Counted from the first letter of the stretch, positions 1-20,048 are shown. The stretch is 64,000 bases of DNA from the human T2T-CHM13v2.0 reference genome, Homo sapiens (GCF_009914755.1 NC_060929.1); one strand, 5' to 3'. Program-made: numbers and translations. Notes: generated from the letters alone by a model not told the origin.

Positions 1-523
1 TGCTTGTGTCACAGCTTACATTCACAAGGACAGTGAGTGGTACAACTTGTTTGGATATTCACAACCGTATGGCATGGGAGGCGTTGGTGGATTGGGCAGT
101 ATGTATGGGGGCTATTACTACACTGGCCCTAAGACCCCTTTTGTACTCGTGGTTGCTGGATTAGCTTGGATCACCACCATTATTATTCTGGTTCTTGGCA
201 TGTCCATGTATTACCGGACCATTCTTCTGGACTCTAATTGGTGGCCCCTAACTGAATTTGGAATTAACGTTGCCTTGTTTATTTTGTATATGGCCGCAGC
301 CATAGTCTATGTGAATGATACCAACCGAGGTGGCCTCTGCTACTATCCGTTATTTAATACACCAGTGAATGCAGTGTTCTGCCGGGTAGAAGGAGGACAG
401 ATAGCTGCAATGATCTTCCTGTTTGTCACCATGATAGTTTATCTCATTAGTGCTTTGGTTTGCCTAAAGTTATGGAGGCATGAGGCAGCTCGGAGACATA
501 GAGAATATATGGAACAACAGGAG
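1..523 (+). CDS. MARVELD2: MARVELD2 (tricellulin), 3' part of the large first coding exon (exon 2; MARVEL transmembrane domain), truncated by the window start
   Basis: Open frame from position 2 reads [40 protein letters not shown]...[18 protein letters not shown]: a Gly/Tyr-rich extracellular loop plus three hydrophobic helices, recognised as tricellulin. Donor GAG|GTAAGT at 523/524, phase 0. Confidence 0.97.
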
Positions 524-1622
524 GTAAGTGATTTCATAATCCCTCATTTGTGTGTGTATGTTTGTTTTTTCTGTTATTTGCTCCCTTGTTAAAAAATGTA
601 TAGCGCTCAAAACAGAAAGCTTTCATAAAAATCTTTTCTTTCTTCCTTTTTTTTTTTTTCAATGGTCTGAGATTCAAAAGTCCTAGTGCAATATCTGACA
701 TGCTTTGACTGGGATAACCCACTCTGGTGTTTGGCTGTTACATAACATTGCAAGTAGACACCAGATGTGTAATATATAGTTTGTTGGCTGCATTATTATG
801 TCTGTCTGAAGCTTAAGGGAAAGATACAGCTACCGAATTTTTGCAAAGAAGAAGAGTGTACTCAGTAAAATAAGTGTCTCATCATTAAGTTTGAGAACAA
901 TCTTAATTCTTTAATAAAAGCTCCTAATTTTTCATTTAAATGTTACAATTTACTTTCTCCCAGTGAGTTGAATAAAGCCAAATAAGAATGTGGTAAACCA
1001 TGTTTGATTTTTTTTAAGTATTGAGAGATTGAATTGTAATGAACATACTCTGAAAACTTGCCCAGTGGTTTTGATAATTTGTCTTTATTTGAGGAAGACG
1101 TATGGTCCAAAATGAGAATGGAAGTCCTACATTGTTTTTATATTTCTAGAACTTAATAGGATAATAATGAGAATAAATAATAATGAGAACAATAAGAAGA
1201 ATAAAATAATAATAACTGAAGGATGAGATAAAAGCCCTACCTAAAATTATTTTGGTTGAACAGTAGCAAATGTTAGAGTATGTTCCACTGGCTACATTAT
1301 TCTCTGAAGTAAGTTGATATTTTGCCTTCTTCCAAGGATATGTGTATAGTAGACTCTCCTATGCCACTGAAATTTTCAGTATTTACCTTAAAATTTTTTG
1401 TAATTTTAAGTTAACTATATTATGAATTTTTGCTTTTCCACTTTTCCTAAGACTTCTTAGATACTATACAATTGCACATGGTATATATTGGGCAAAACTA
1501 TAAATAAAAATTAAATCCTGTCCTTATAACAGCACACACTGACATATGTATTTTGTTTTTAATCTTTTGCTTGAATCTGATGCATAGCAACAAATAGCGC
1601 TTTGGTTTTAAAATTTTTTTAA

Positions 1623-1769
<147 letters not shown>

Positions 1770-1772
1770 TAA

Positions 1773-1803
<31 letters not shown>

Positions 1804-1842
1804 GAGACAGAGTCTCACTCTGTTGCCAGAGTGCAGTGGCAC

Positions 1843-2923
1843 TGTTGCGGGAAGTCAGGGACCCCAAACAGAGGGACCAGCTGAAGCCATGGCAGAAGAA
1901 CATAAATTGTGAAGATTTCATGGACATTTATTAATTCCCCAAATTAATACTTTTATAATTTCTTATGCCTGTCTTTACTGCAGTCTCTGAACATAAATTG
2001 TGAAGATTTCATGGACACTTATCACTTCCCCAATCAATACCCTTGTGATTTCCTATGCCTGTCTTTAATCTCTTAATCCCGTCATCTTCATAAACTGAGG
2101 AGGGTGTATGTTGCCTCAGGACCGTGTGATGATTGAGTTAACTGCACAAATTGTTTGTAGAGCATGTGTGTTTGAACAATATGAAATCTGGGCACCTTGA
2201 AAAAAGAACAGGATAACAGCAATGTTCAGGGAACAAGGGAGATAACCTTAAACTCTGGCTGCCTGTGAGCTGGGCGGAACAGAGCCATATTTCTCTTCTT
2301 TCAAAAGCAAATAGGAGAAATATCGCTGAATTCTTTTTCTCAGCAAGGAGCATCCCTGAGAAAGAGAATGCATCCCTGAGGGTAGGCCTCTGAAATGGCC
2401 GCTTTGGGGATGGCTGTCTTTTACAATCATAGATAAGGGATGAAATAAGCCCTGGTCTCCTGTAGTGCTCCCAGGCTTATTAGGACGAGGAAATTCCCGC
2501 CTAATAAATTTTGGTCAGACCAGTTGTCTGCTCTCAAACCCTGTCTCCTGATAAGATGTTATCAGTGACAATGCATGCCTGAAACTTCATTAGCAATTTT
2601 AATTTTGCCCCGTCCTGTGGCCTGTGATCTCGCCCTGCCTCCATTTGCCTTGTGATATTTTATTACCTTGTAAAGCATGTGATCTCTGTGACCCACACCC
2701 TATTCATACACTCCCTCCCCTTTTGAAAATCACTAATAAAAACTTGCTGGTTTTACGGCTCGGGGGCATCACGGAACCTGCCGACATGTGATGTCTCCCC
2801 TGCACACCCAGCTTTAAAATTTCTCTCTTTTGTACTCTTTCCCTTTATTTCTCAGACTGGCCGACACTTAGGGAATATAGAAAAGAACCTACGTGAAATA
2901 TCGGGGATGAATTTCCCCCAATA
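1843..2923 (+). mobile_element. MER11 (HERV-K HML-8) LTR, ~1.08 kb, inside an antisense Alu in MARVELD2 intron 2
   Basis: Starts TGTTGCGGGAAGTCAGGGACCCC, has the repeated GAACATAAATTGTGAAGATTTCATGGACA block, AATAAA at 2735-2740, ends TTTCCCCCAATA. Matches the recalled MER11 consensus. Confidence 0.88.
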
Positions 2924-3380
2924 TCTGGCACCAGGCTGGAGTGCAGTGGCACAATCTCTGCTCACTATAACCTCCGCTTCCCAGGTTCAAGTGATCCTTC
3001 TGCCTCAGCCCCCCTAGTAGCTGGGATTACAGGCACATGCCACCATGCCCAGCTAATTTTTGTATTTAGTAGAGACAGGGTTTTGCCATGTTGGCCAGGC
3101 TGATCTTGAGCTCCTGACCTCTGGTGATCCATCTGCCTTGGCCTCCCAGAGTGATAGGATTACAAGCGTGAGCCACCACACCCAGCCTTAGATTTTCTTT
3201 TTACACCTAGTGGAATGGGAAACAAATCGTTTTGTTGTCGTTGTTGTTGTTGTTGATGGTTTGTTTTGAGGAAGGGTCTAACTCTGTCACCCAGCCTGCA
3301 ATACGGTGGCACAATCATGGCTCACTCCAGCTTTGACCTCCCAGGCTCAAGCAATCTTCCCACCTCAGCCTCCCAGGTAG

Positions 3381-3545
<165 letters not shown>

Positions 3546-4592
3546 TGATGGAAAAAAATAGTTTTATAACAAGTACCTACATGTTATACAAAGGACTTTG
3601 ACATGTGTCCATGTGATCTCTCTCTATATATATTTTAAATTTTTTGTAGAGACGGGGTCTTGCTATGTTGCTCAGGCTGGTCTCAAACTCCTGGCCTCAA
3701 GCGATCCTCTCGCCTCAGCCTCCCAAAGTGCTGGGATTACAGGCATAAGCCACCATGCCTAGCTTGATTGTCACAAAATAATTTATCTTGCTAGAACTCT
3801 ACATAGATTCAAGTTATTTCTAAAAATGTGTCTTAGCATTTTAAGCATATTTCTTACATTTTTGTTTTTTTATGTAACCTTCACATGTATTAAATTTTTG
3901 TTTCTTAAAGTTACAATTTATTTCTTAAATGTACATCTCTGTGTACAAAGTAAAAAATGTTAATTCTAATCAGTATGAAATCCAGATAGTGAAACACATA
4001 CTTCCTCATAAATTTATGCTAGTTGCATAAGTTATTAAATCTTAATATTTAAAAATTCTATATGAATAGAATGATCAACATAATACTTTTATTTCTTTTT
4101 CCTTTCTCAACAAAAACTTATGTCTATGAGACTTTTCATAATGCCTAATTAGACTTCAGTCACCTGATGTTGAAAGTTGTGCCTGTCTGTACGTTGCTAT
4201 AACTTCCTAAAGGTTAGAAGATGTAATGGCCTAGGGCTTTTTTCTATTAATTTTATAGAGTAATTGTCCTAACTCTTTAATCATGCAAAGTAATGGGAGG
4301 CAAGAATAAATAAAATTTGAGGGTAATTCAGAGTGGTTTATCTAACAGTTTCCACCATCTCCGTATTCCCTACTCCTCTCTATGCCCTGATTGACAGGGA
4401 ATTACAGTTATCCCTCTTCTCAGTTCTCCACTGGCCCTTCAAAACCTAGGCAAAAAAAGGATGAGAAACACCCGTCAAGTAGAGGATCAACCTCTTAAAA
4501 TTGAGGTTGGGCTATAAATGCAAATGGATGAAAATATTTGCAAAGTAGCTTCACATGCCTTTGAAAAACTATTTGAACTCTTTTTGTTCCAG

Positions 4593-4628
4593 ATAAATGA
4601 GCCATCATTGTCATCGAAAAGGAAAATG
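4593..4628 (+). CDS. MARVELD2: MARVELD2 exon 3, 36-nt symmetric micro-exon (INEPSLSSKRKM)
   Basis: Acceptor ctctttttgttccAG at 4591-4592, donor ATG|GTAAGA at 4628/4629, phase 0-0. A tricellulin isoform lacking this exon is known (recalled). Confidence 0.93.
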
Positions 4629-4734
4629 GTAAGAATAAAGTTTACTTCATATTATGCTTTAGATTTGTTAATACTTTTCTCTTAGGTCTGTTTATCTACA
4701 TAGTAGTATCGTACATCTGTGAAATGTAGCTATT

Positions 4735-5030
4735 GGCCAGGTGTGGTGGCTCACACCTGTAATCCCAGCACTTTGGGAGGCTGAGGAGGGCGGAGCACTT
4801 GAGACCAGAATTTCAAGACCAGCCTGGCCAAAATGGTGAAACCCTGTCTCTACCAAAAATACAAAAATTACCTGCACGTGGTGGCACACGCCTGTAATCC
4901 CAGCTACTCTGGAGGCTGAGGCACGAGAACCACTTGAATCTGGGAGGTGAAGGTTTCAGTGAGCCAAGATCACGTCACTGCACTCCAGCCTGGGTGACAG
5001 AGTGAGACTGTTTAAAAAAAAAAAAAGAAA
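4735..5030 (+). mobile_element. Full-length Alu in intron 3
   Basis: GGCCAGGTGTGGTGGCTCAC start, dimeric body, A tail, TSD GAAA(G)TGTAGCTATT. Confidence 0.92.
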
Positions 5031-5048
5031 AGAAAGTGTAGCTATTAC

Positions 5049-5419
5049 ATGCAGCCATAAAAAATGATGAGTTCATGTCCTTTGTAGGGACATGGATGAA
5101 ATTGGAAATCATCATTCTCAGTAAACTATCGCAAGAACAAAAAACCAAACACCACATATTCTCACTCATAGGTGGGAATTGAACAATGAGATCACATGGA
5201 CACAGGAAGGGGATTATCACACTCTGGGGACTGTGGTGGGGTCGGGGGAGGGGGGAGGGATAGCATTGGGAGATATACCTAATGCTAGATGACGAGTTAG
5301 TGGGTGCAGCGCACCAGCATGGCACATGTATACATATGTGACTAACCTGCACAATGTGCACATGTTCCCTAAAACTTAAAGTATAATAAAAATATATATA
5401 TATATTAAAAAAAAAAAAA
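5049..5419 (+). mobile_element. 5'-truncated young L1 (L1PA2-like) 3' end with poly(A) tail and TSD
   Basis: L1 3' UTR with G-rich tract. GATGACGAGTTAGTGG carries GAG rather than the L1HS-Ta ACA, and CTTAAAGTAT lacks the Ta G. AATAAA at 5385-5390; ~19-bp TSD with 2 mismatches. Confidence 0.9.
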
Positions 5420-5725
5420 GAAATTGTAGCTGTTACATCGAGTTCATATTAGGACTTTGAGCTTTTTTCCAGATACTAAAAGGACCAAATTAAACAATCA
5501 TATCTATAGCTGCTTTTAATTTTGTTAGATGAAAATTTATGCAAGTAAACAAACCAACATATGTTTGAAATTTAATTATTTTTTAAATGAAAGTGATTCT
5601 CTGAAACTTTCTTCACTTGTATTTAAAGTTCTGTGCTGTTCTTTGTATCCTTCTCACCTTGCTTTCAGATGCCAAATTTTTTACTACACTCACAGGACAG
5701 TTAAAAAAGAAATTAATAATAATAA

Positions 5726-5926
<201 letters not shown>

Positions 5927-6247
5927 TAGCTAGTTTCACGAGGTCAGGATGTTCTCGATCTCCTGACCTCGTGATCCGCCCGCCTCGGCCTCCCAAAGTG
6001 CTGGGATTATGGGTGTGAGCCAGCATGCCCGGCCAATAATACTTTTTTTTAAAGATGCCAAATTTTGTAGTGTCAGGGAATTTCTATTCCACAATTTACC
6101 AACTGTGTGGCAGCAGACAAATTATTTAACCTTTCTATGCCTGCATTTCTTCATCTGTGAGATTGCAATAATAATAATTCATACCTCGCAAGTTTGCTGA
6201 GAGGACTCAGTGAGATGCTGTTATCATTATTTACATATATGTAATAA

Positions 6248-6588
<341 letters not shown>

Positions 6589-6749
6589 TAGCCTCCCAAA
6601 GTGCTGGGATTACAGGCGTGAGTCACCGCGCCCGGCCTGGACATTATTTCTTAGCAAGGAGTTGAGAATTCAGTCTTTGGATTTGTTTCTCTGAAAAGAG
6701 AGCATATTTACTTGGTTGAAAATTCAAAAGGGTCTGTCACCCAGGCTGA

Positions 6750-6848
<99 letters not shown>

Positions 6849-7386
6849 TAATTTTTAGTAGAGAAGAGGTCTCACTATGTTGCCTGGGCTGGTCTTAAGT
6901 GATCCTCCTGCCTCAGCCTCCCAAAGCACTGGGATTACAGGTGTGAGCCACCTCACCCAGCCAGCAAGTGAACTTCAGAATCAGGCAATCTAAATTTGAG
7001 TACTAGGTCAGCTACTTACTAGCTCTGCGATCCTGGGGAAATTGCTTACTTTCTCTGAACTTCAGTTTCCTGTCTGTTGTTTGGTTTAATACTAGGGGGT
7101 GCCTTCTTATTTTGTGTTTTAATTAATATAATTTTTAAAAGCAAATAAGACTACTTTTAAAAGAAATAATAGATATAAGATCACATAGAGACAGCAACAA
7201 ATTCTGAAGTCTGTGCTTTAAGTGCTGTGCAGGTTTATATTATAAGCTAGAAAAGCCGGAATCTAATGTGGGCATGGAACGTGATGGTATGGGTTTGAGG
7301 TCAGGGGCCTGTGCATTATTATATTATACACTCAAAGGGAGAGAGAATCAAGAATTGGAGAAATAAATGCATACTGAAACACATAG

Positions 7387-7557
<171 letters not shown>

Positions 7558-9249
7558 TAACCTGACAGATATTCATTCAGCCCATTTTTAAGTTGAAAAG
7601 TTTAATAATTATATTCATAACATTACTTAGACTAGTTTTTGCTGGAAGCAAAGAACGGTCATGTTACTCTGGGGCACTGGGACATTTTCCCCTTTCCTTT
7701 GACATGTCTGTCATCAAGAGTACTGTCTAAGAGTGGCCTTTCCCGTGCTGGAGCTTAATGCAGTCTTCCCACAAAAGCCTGACGAAGATTTAATTCTTTG
7801 TCTCATATGTGGTTTTAGATTTCTTCCCAATAGAGAACAGGTGCAGTGGCTCACGCCTGTAATCCGAGCACTTTGGGAAGCCAAAGCAGGTGGATCTCTT
7901 GAGGCCAGGAGTTTGGGACCAGCTTGGCCAACATGGTGAAACCCCATTTCTACTAAAAATACAAAAATTAGCCAGGCATGGTGGTGCATGCCTGTAATCC
8001 CAGCTACTCGGGAGGCTGAGGCAGGAGAGTGGCTTGAACTGGGAGGCAGAGGTGGCAGTGAGCAAAGATCGTGCCACTGCACTCCAGCCTGGGTGACAGA
8101 GCGAGACTATGTCTCAAAAAAAAAAAAGTTTTTTCCCAATAGAGTTTTCCAAACTGATGATCGGGAAGGTTCATCCAAAAAGAGCAGAAAAAAAAGTTAA
8201 GACCATAAAAATAAAAAAAAATTTATGTAGAAAACAAATTAATGATGGACCTTCTGCCCAAAGCAGCTTTGACCAGGAGATCTGAGATTGATGCTGGGAC
8301 TGCTGCTGAGATCCAGAGGATCAACAAGCTCATAGCAGCTTCCTCAGCACCATGAGATCTGGATTGTTAAACATTTAGGAGTTAAACCATGTGTCCATAT
8401 GGGGGTCAAAAAAAATAAAACAGAAGTTAAAGAGAAATAGAAATTCATTTATTAAAGCCAAAAATGCTCCCCCTAATGTTTAATACCATTATTCGTTTTC
8501 AAGACTAAGTATATAGGAATTCATTAGGATGAAGAAATGGCATCCTAATCAGCAAGAAATACAGCAGAATAAATACTAACTTCAAAATGTGTTGCCTAAA
8601 AATATCCTGGCTTAATTTCATTTCCTCGGGGTACTCTGCTCGCCGCTCATGTTTTTGCAGATTGGGAGACCAAGTGGCGAGGCATGCTTTCTACATCTAG
8701 GTGATCTGGCTTCTGTCCCACCTAGAGCCATGGTTGGAGAGCTTTTCCTTTTCATAACCTTCCCCTAGGGCTGGTTAGCAGCCTCCACACCTAATACAAT
8801 CTAAAGGGTGTGCTATTTGGTGAGTTAAAGTGCTAGTGGTTTTTAGAATGAGCTAACATTAAACCAAAGCCAGTTTCAGGGTAAGGAAATCAGGAAACAA
8901 AGGATTTTTAAAGCTTCCTGGCAAGATGAAGATTAAGGTTTTAAAATCCTGTTTGGTTTTTTATTTGCAGTGAAGTAGGGGCCCTCCCAAGCCACTCTCA
9001 GTTTAGTTCAGCAAGCATTTCTCGAAGGCTTAAGGGGTCAGTAGAGGGGAGGGAGGTTACTGCTCCAAAGAGGAATCATGTTCCCAAGCACGATCTTACT
9101 TTCCAGTAGCAGTATGGCATTGCTTGCCCTGTCCATCACAAGCTCACTTCTAGTGTGCTACTAGAACTTCATGCAACTTTAGGATATGAACAATATACAT
9201 TTAAGCTAACAGGTTTCTTTATGTTATTCATTTAAAGTATCAATGAACC

Positions 9250-11985
<2,736 letters not shown>

Positions 11986-12073
11986 TCTTCTTCCTCATTT
12001 TCTAAGAATGAATTCAGAGGGTTTTTTTCTACTTATGTTTATTAACAAATCCTCTTTTTCTCCCTAACTGCAG

Positions 12074-12222
12074 TGTGAAATGGCCACCAGTGGTGACAGA
12101 CAAAGAGACTCAGAAGTTAATTTCAAGGAACTGAGAACAGCAAAAATGAAACCTGAACTACTGAGTGGACACATCCCCCCAGGCCACATTCCTAAACCTA
12201 TCGTGATGCCCGACTATGTGGC
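12074..12222 (+). CDS. MARVELD2: MARVELD2 exon 4 (149 nt; CEMATSGDRQRDSEVNF...PKPIVMPDYVA)
   Basis: Acceptor ctctttttctccctaactgcAG, donor GC|GTGAGT. Exon sizes fit recalled cDNA numbering c.1183-1331; the DFNB49 splice positions c.1183-1 and c.1331+2 are wild type here. Confidence 0.95.
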
Positions 12223-12468
12223 GTGAGTGTCAGTCTGAATTCTTCCTCAAGGTAGAAGTTGAGGGGCCCCATTTGGTCCTTTCATTTTCCAGTTTGTCTC
12301 CAAGTTAATACTCTGTGCTTAAAATCGTGTATGTAAATAGTTGTTATCTGAGAGGTAATGTATTGAATTGAAGGTACAATATGATCAGTAAGGAATAAGA
12401 TAAGCTGATTTCCCATTCAGCTTCTTTTAGTGAAACAATTATATCTTTGGCTTATGTTTTTCCCCTAG

Positions 12469-12640
12469 AAAATACCCTGTGATTCAGACAGATGATGAGC
12501 GAGAACGCTATAAAGCTGTGTTCCAAGACCAGTTTTCAGAGTACAAAGAGCTGTCTGCAGAAGTTCAGGCTGTCCTGAGGAAGTTTGATGAGCTGGATGC
12601 AGTGATGAGCAGATTGCCACATCATTCGGAAAGCCGACAG
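12469..12640 (+). CDS. MARVELD2: MARVELD2 exon 5 (172 nt; occludin/ELL domain KYPVIQTDDERERYKAVFQDQFSEYKEL...ESRQ)
   Basis: Acceptor gtttttcccctAG, phase 2 joins GC+A (Ala), donor CAG|GTTAGT. The CGA codon at 12635-12637 corresponds to R500 and is wild type. Confidence 0.96.
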
Positions 12641-12681
12641 GTTAGTATGTGCAGCTGCCTAGGAGGAGCACTGAAATCTAG

Positions 12682-13305
<624 letters not shown>

Positions 13306-13538
13306 CCAAAATCTGGCTTTTAAAAAAATTTATAACCATTTACATCTGCTTTCTGTGTCTAGGAAAGCATTTGAGATCCTCAAGGTGTCTAGTCAAGATG
13401 ATAATTCAAATTATGTAACTTAATATCTTTTGTCTTCAATTATTAAACAGTATTTCTTCTTTTTTTTTTTTCACTCTGTGCTTACCCATATTTTATTTTC
13501 TTACTTAAGTAAAATACGAATTTGCCTAAGATAGATAC

Positions 13539-14110
13539 TGAGTCAGTCAGGGTCCCAAAGGAGACAGATAGCACATTCAAACTAGGATAATTCACAAAGG
13601 TTTATTCAGAAAGGGAATGTAGGGAAGCCACCAGGGGCATTGCATTCCCCTGCTAAGCCAGAGCCCAGCAGTTAGCACCCCAGGCCCAAAGGCAGAGCGC
13701 CCACTGAGTAAGAGTAGAGAGCAGAAATGGCCAGGCGCAGTGGCTTATGCCTGTAATCCCAACACTTTAAGAGGCCAAGGTGGGCAGATCGCTTGAGCCC
13801 AGGCATGCAAGACCAGCCTGGACAACATGGTGAAACCCTGTCTCTACAAAAAATATAAAAATTAGCCGGGCATGGTGGCATGCACCTGTAGACCCAGCAG
13901 GAGGCTGAGGTGCAAGGATTGCCTGAACCCAGGAGGTGGAGTTTGCAGTGAGCAGTGATTTTGTCACTACACTCCAGCCTGAAGGACAGAGTGAGACCAT
14001 GTCTCCAAAAAAAAAAAAAAAAGCAAGCAGATATGAGATATGCTACAAATGTGAGCTGCTGGACACACACATCAGACAGGTAGCTGTGATTATGACAAAG
14101 AGGAAAACCA
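13539..14110 (-). mobile_element. Ancient LTR fragment (ERV or Gypsy type), interrupted by an Alu
   Basis: TGAGTCAGTCAGGGTCCC...ACAGATAGCACATTCAAACTAGGATAATT resembles the reverse-complemented end of old mammalian LTRs. Family not assigned. Confidence 0.45.
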
Positions 14111-14237
14111 GGAGTAGATATGGTAGTTACAGAGGCTTAAGCTTTTTCGTAGTGCTCTTCTGCACCCCCCACATTTTTCACATTTTGAAATAGGAATATT
14201 GAAATAGGAATGCCTTATAACCTGTGCCATTTTTTAA

Positions 14238-14420
<183 letters not shown>

Positions 14421-14879
14421 TAGTAGAGACGGGGTTTCACCATGGTGGTTAGGCTGGTCTCAAACTCCTGACCTTATGATCCACCCGCCTTAGCCTCCCA
14501 AAGTGCTGGGATTACAGGCGTGAGCCACCGTGCCTGGCCACCTGTGCCATTTTTTAATCAGATGTACTCTTTTTTTTTTTTTTTTTTGAGATGGAGTCTT
14601 GCTCTGTCACCCAGACTGGAGTGCAGTGGTGCAATCTCGGCTCACTGCAACCTTTGCCTCCCAGGTTACGCGATTCTCCTGCCTCAGCTTCCTGAGTAGA
14701 TGGGACTATAGGTGCACACCCGGCTAATTTTTGTATTTTTAGTAGAGGCAGGGTTTCCCCATTTAGGCCAGGCTGGTCTCGAACTCCTGACCTCAGGTGA
14801 TCCACCTACCTCAGCCTCCCAAAGTGCTGGTATTACAGGCATGAGCCACTGCATCCGGCCCAGATGTACTCTTTTTAAT

Positions 14880-15680
<801 letters not shown>

Positions 15681-15729
15681 CTTTTTAAAAGAGGCTGTAT
15701 TAATCTATTACATGTATGATTAAATTTTA

Positions 15730-15930
<201 letters not shown>

Positions 15931-15947
15931 TCAAATTTATGTATGGG

Positions 15948-15948
<1 letters not shown>

Positions 15949-16007
<59 letters not shown>
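15949..16007. repeat. (CA)n microsatellite, about 29 units
   Basis: Read directly. Confidence 0.97.
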
Positions 16008-16013
<6 letters not shown>

Positions 16014-16392
16014 AATTTTTTACCTGAGAAGTTAGGTGTCTTTGTTTCAATCACAGACTCTTTGTTAAGTGTGCATTTAAATCACTTATCGTTATGAGTT
16101 AACTAAGCCAAATGTGTATTACAGTAACATTTTCCTAATCCTGGAGCAATGGAATGGTGTTGGCTAAGAGACGCCAGTACCAGGAAGCAAAAGAAATTCA
16201 GCAAATATTGAGGTTGAATGTCAGTACCATTTGGAAAATAAGCAAGGCCCACAGGTCTAAGAAGGGTGACCTAGTCTCTCAGAGGCCGTCAAAGGAGTGC
16301 AGGAAGGCATGAGGCCCCAGGAATCTGGATCAGCACAGGCTGGGAAATGCAGGCTTGTTGGGAGAAATAATGAAGAAAATCCTGACCTGTAA

Positions 16393-17450
<1,058 letters not shown>

Positions 17451-18172
17451 TTAACAAGACAGGGCTTGTAAGTAACCCAATGGCAGGCCCACGGTTATTA
17501 TTATCAGTGTATCCTCCAGTCCTTATCTAAAGTAGAAATATTAACCATATTACAAAAGTTAGCTTCTCCTTGGCCACAGGCTGAGCTTTGTCCTGGGCAG
17601 GAGTCCACAGGCTCATTCGTTTTCCCACCATGTCCCCATGGAAGCATGTGAGGCATTTCAAAGCCCAGTGGGCCTGTTTGGAGGCAGGTTCTCCCACAGA
17701 CATGGTTGTGCACCACTGAAAAATAGTCACATGACTTTTCTGAGCCCATAAAGTAGAAATATTGCCCCAAACAATCCCTCTGGTCCTCACCACTCCTTAA
17801 ATTCAGTGACAGACTCTAGATGGATGTTACAGCTCATCTCTGCCTGCATCTCCAGCACAGCAGTGCTAACCCCAATAGCAAGTTTATTCCTTGTCCAGGA
17901 TCTGTTATTACAGATTACAATTAAATCACCAGGTTTATCTTCACTGCTGGCAAGCATTCAAAACACAAACATACTCATGATCTCAGTATGTAAAAGAGAT
18001 TGAAGAATTAAAATAGTTCAGGCAAGGGGGCTCATGGCTGTAATCCCCACACTTTGAGAGACAAGGCAGGAAGAGTGCTCAAAGCCAGGAGTTCAAGATG
18101 AGCTTGGGCAACATAGCAAGACCGCATCTACACACAAAAAAGTAAAAGTTAGCGGCCGGGCATGGTGGCTCA

Positions 18173-18433
<261 letters not shown>

Positions 18434-18961
18434 TCAAAAATAAAAAAAAATAAATATAAATAAAAATTAGCCAGGCCTGGTGATGTGCCGTATAATCCCA
18501 GCTACTTGGGAGGCTGAGACAGGAGGATCACTTGAGCCCAAGAAGTTTTGGTTACAGTGAGCTGTTACACCACTGCCTTCCAGCTTGGGCAACAGAGCAA
18601 GACCCTGTCTCAAAAAAAAAAAAAAAAAAGAAGAAGAAAATATACTGGGAAAAGGATATGGGTCAGTGATAGAAAAAGTTCTCAGGCCAAGCTTTTATTT
18701 TATTAGTTTTTTATTTATTTATTTATTTTTGAGACAGAGTCTCTGTTGCCCAGGCTGGAGTGCAGTGGCGTGATCTTGGCTCACTGCAACCTCCGCCTCC
18801 TGGGTTCAAGTGATTCTACTGTCTCAAACTCCCAAGTAGCTGAGATTACAGGTGCCCGCCACCATGCCTGGCTAATTTTTGTATTTTTAGTAGAGATGGG
18901 GTTTCGCCATGTTGGCCAGGCTGGTCTTGAACTCCTGATCTCAGGTGATCCACCCGCCTCA

Positions 18962-19337
<376 letters not shown>

Positions 19338-19997
19338 TTATTTATTAGGTTTGCATTGTCTGACAATCTCTATGCATAGGTTTGCATGGATGAACGAGGG
19401 CATTGCTATAGTAATGTGTTCCCTTTGGATAGGCCGTTCAACTCCTTAACAAAGTTCGTATTTATTATAAAACTTAGAAAAAAGTTACAAGGAGCCTTAT
19501 ATTAGCTATTTTCAAAAGTTGCATACTCTCAAACTTCTTAATCCCAACACCTAATAACTCAAAAAAGAACTTTCCAAAAAGGATGAACATAATCATAGCT
19601 AATGTGGTTATTATGTGGCAAGCACTTTATAAGGATCATTTCAAATAAGTGAACCTTCTTACAACCCTTTGAGATCATTATGGTTTTATTTCCATTTTAC
19701 CAGTAAGGAAACTGAACTTGCCAGCTGTATGACCCTGGGCAAGCTATGTATCCTCCCTAAGGGCCTGGGGCTTGGGTCTGGTTGCATGTGGTCAGGGCCC
19801 TTTCTCTCTTTTATCGCCTGGGCCTAGCAGACAGTAAGCCTTCAAATATTTGCCTGTGAATTGAATTTTTGTGTGTGAATGTTTTCATTATTTTCTTAGG
19901 TAAAAATTATTTTTTGTTCTAATTCTCAGTGTGCTTTGAGATATGATTTGAGTAAATGCAAATGTTTTAACTTAAGTATACAATGTATTATTTTTAG

Positions 19998-20048
19998 GAA
20001 CATGAGAGAATTTCAAGAATCCATGAAGAGTTTAAGAAAAAAAAGAAT
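19998..20048 (+). CDS. MARVELD2: MARVELD2 exon 6 (51 nt; EHERISRIHEEFKKKKN)
   Basis: Acceptor tattatttttAG, donor AAT|GTGAGT, phase 0-0; continues the occludin/ELL coiled-coil. Confidence 0.94.

Noticed and set aside
524-592. C-terminal extension (VSDFIIPHL...) and TTG start of ORF 47..592
   Set aside because: Read-through past a strong GTAAGT donor; the real frame starts upstream of the window.
5049-5419. Polymorphic L1HS-Ta insertion
   Set aside because: Carries GAG and A at the diagnostic sites instead of ACA and G, and the TSD copies have diverged.
8652-8760. Possible cryptic exon after TTTTTGCAG in intron 3
   Set aside because: No convincing donor or recognisable peptide; cannot be supported from sequence.
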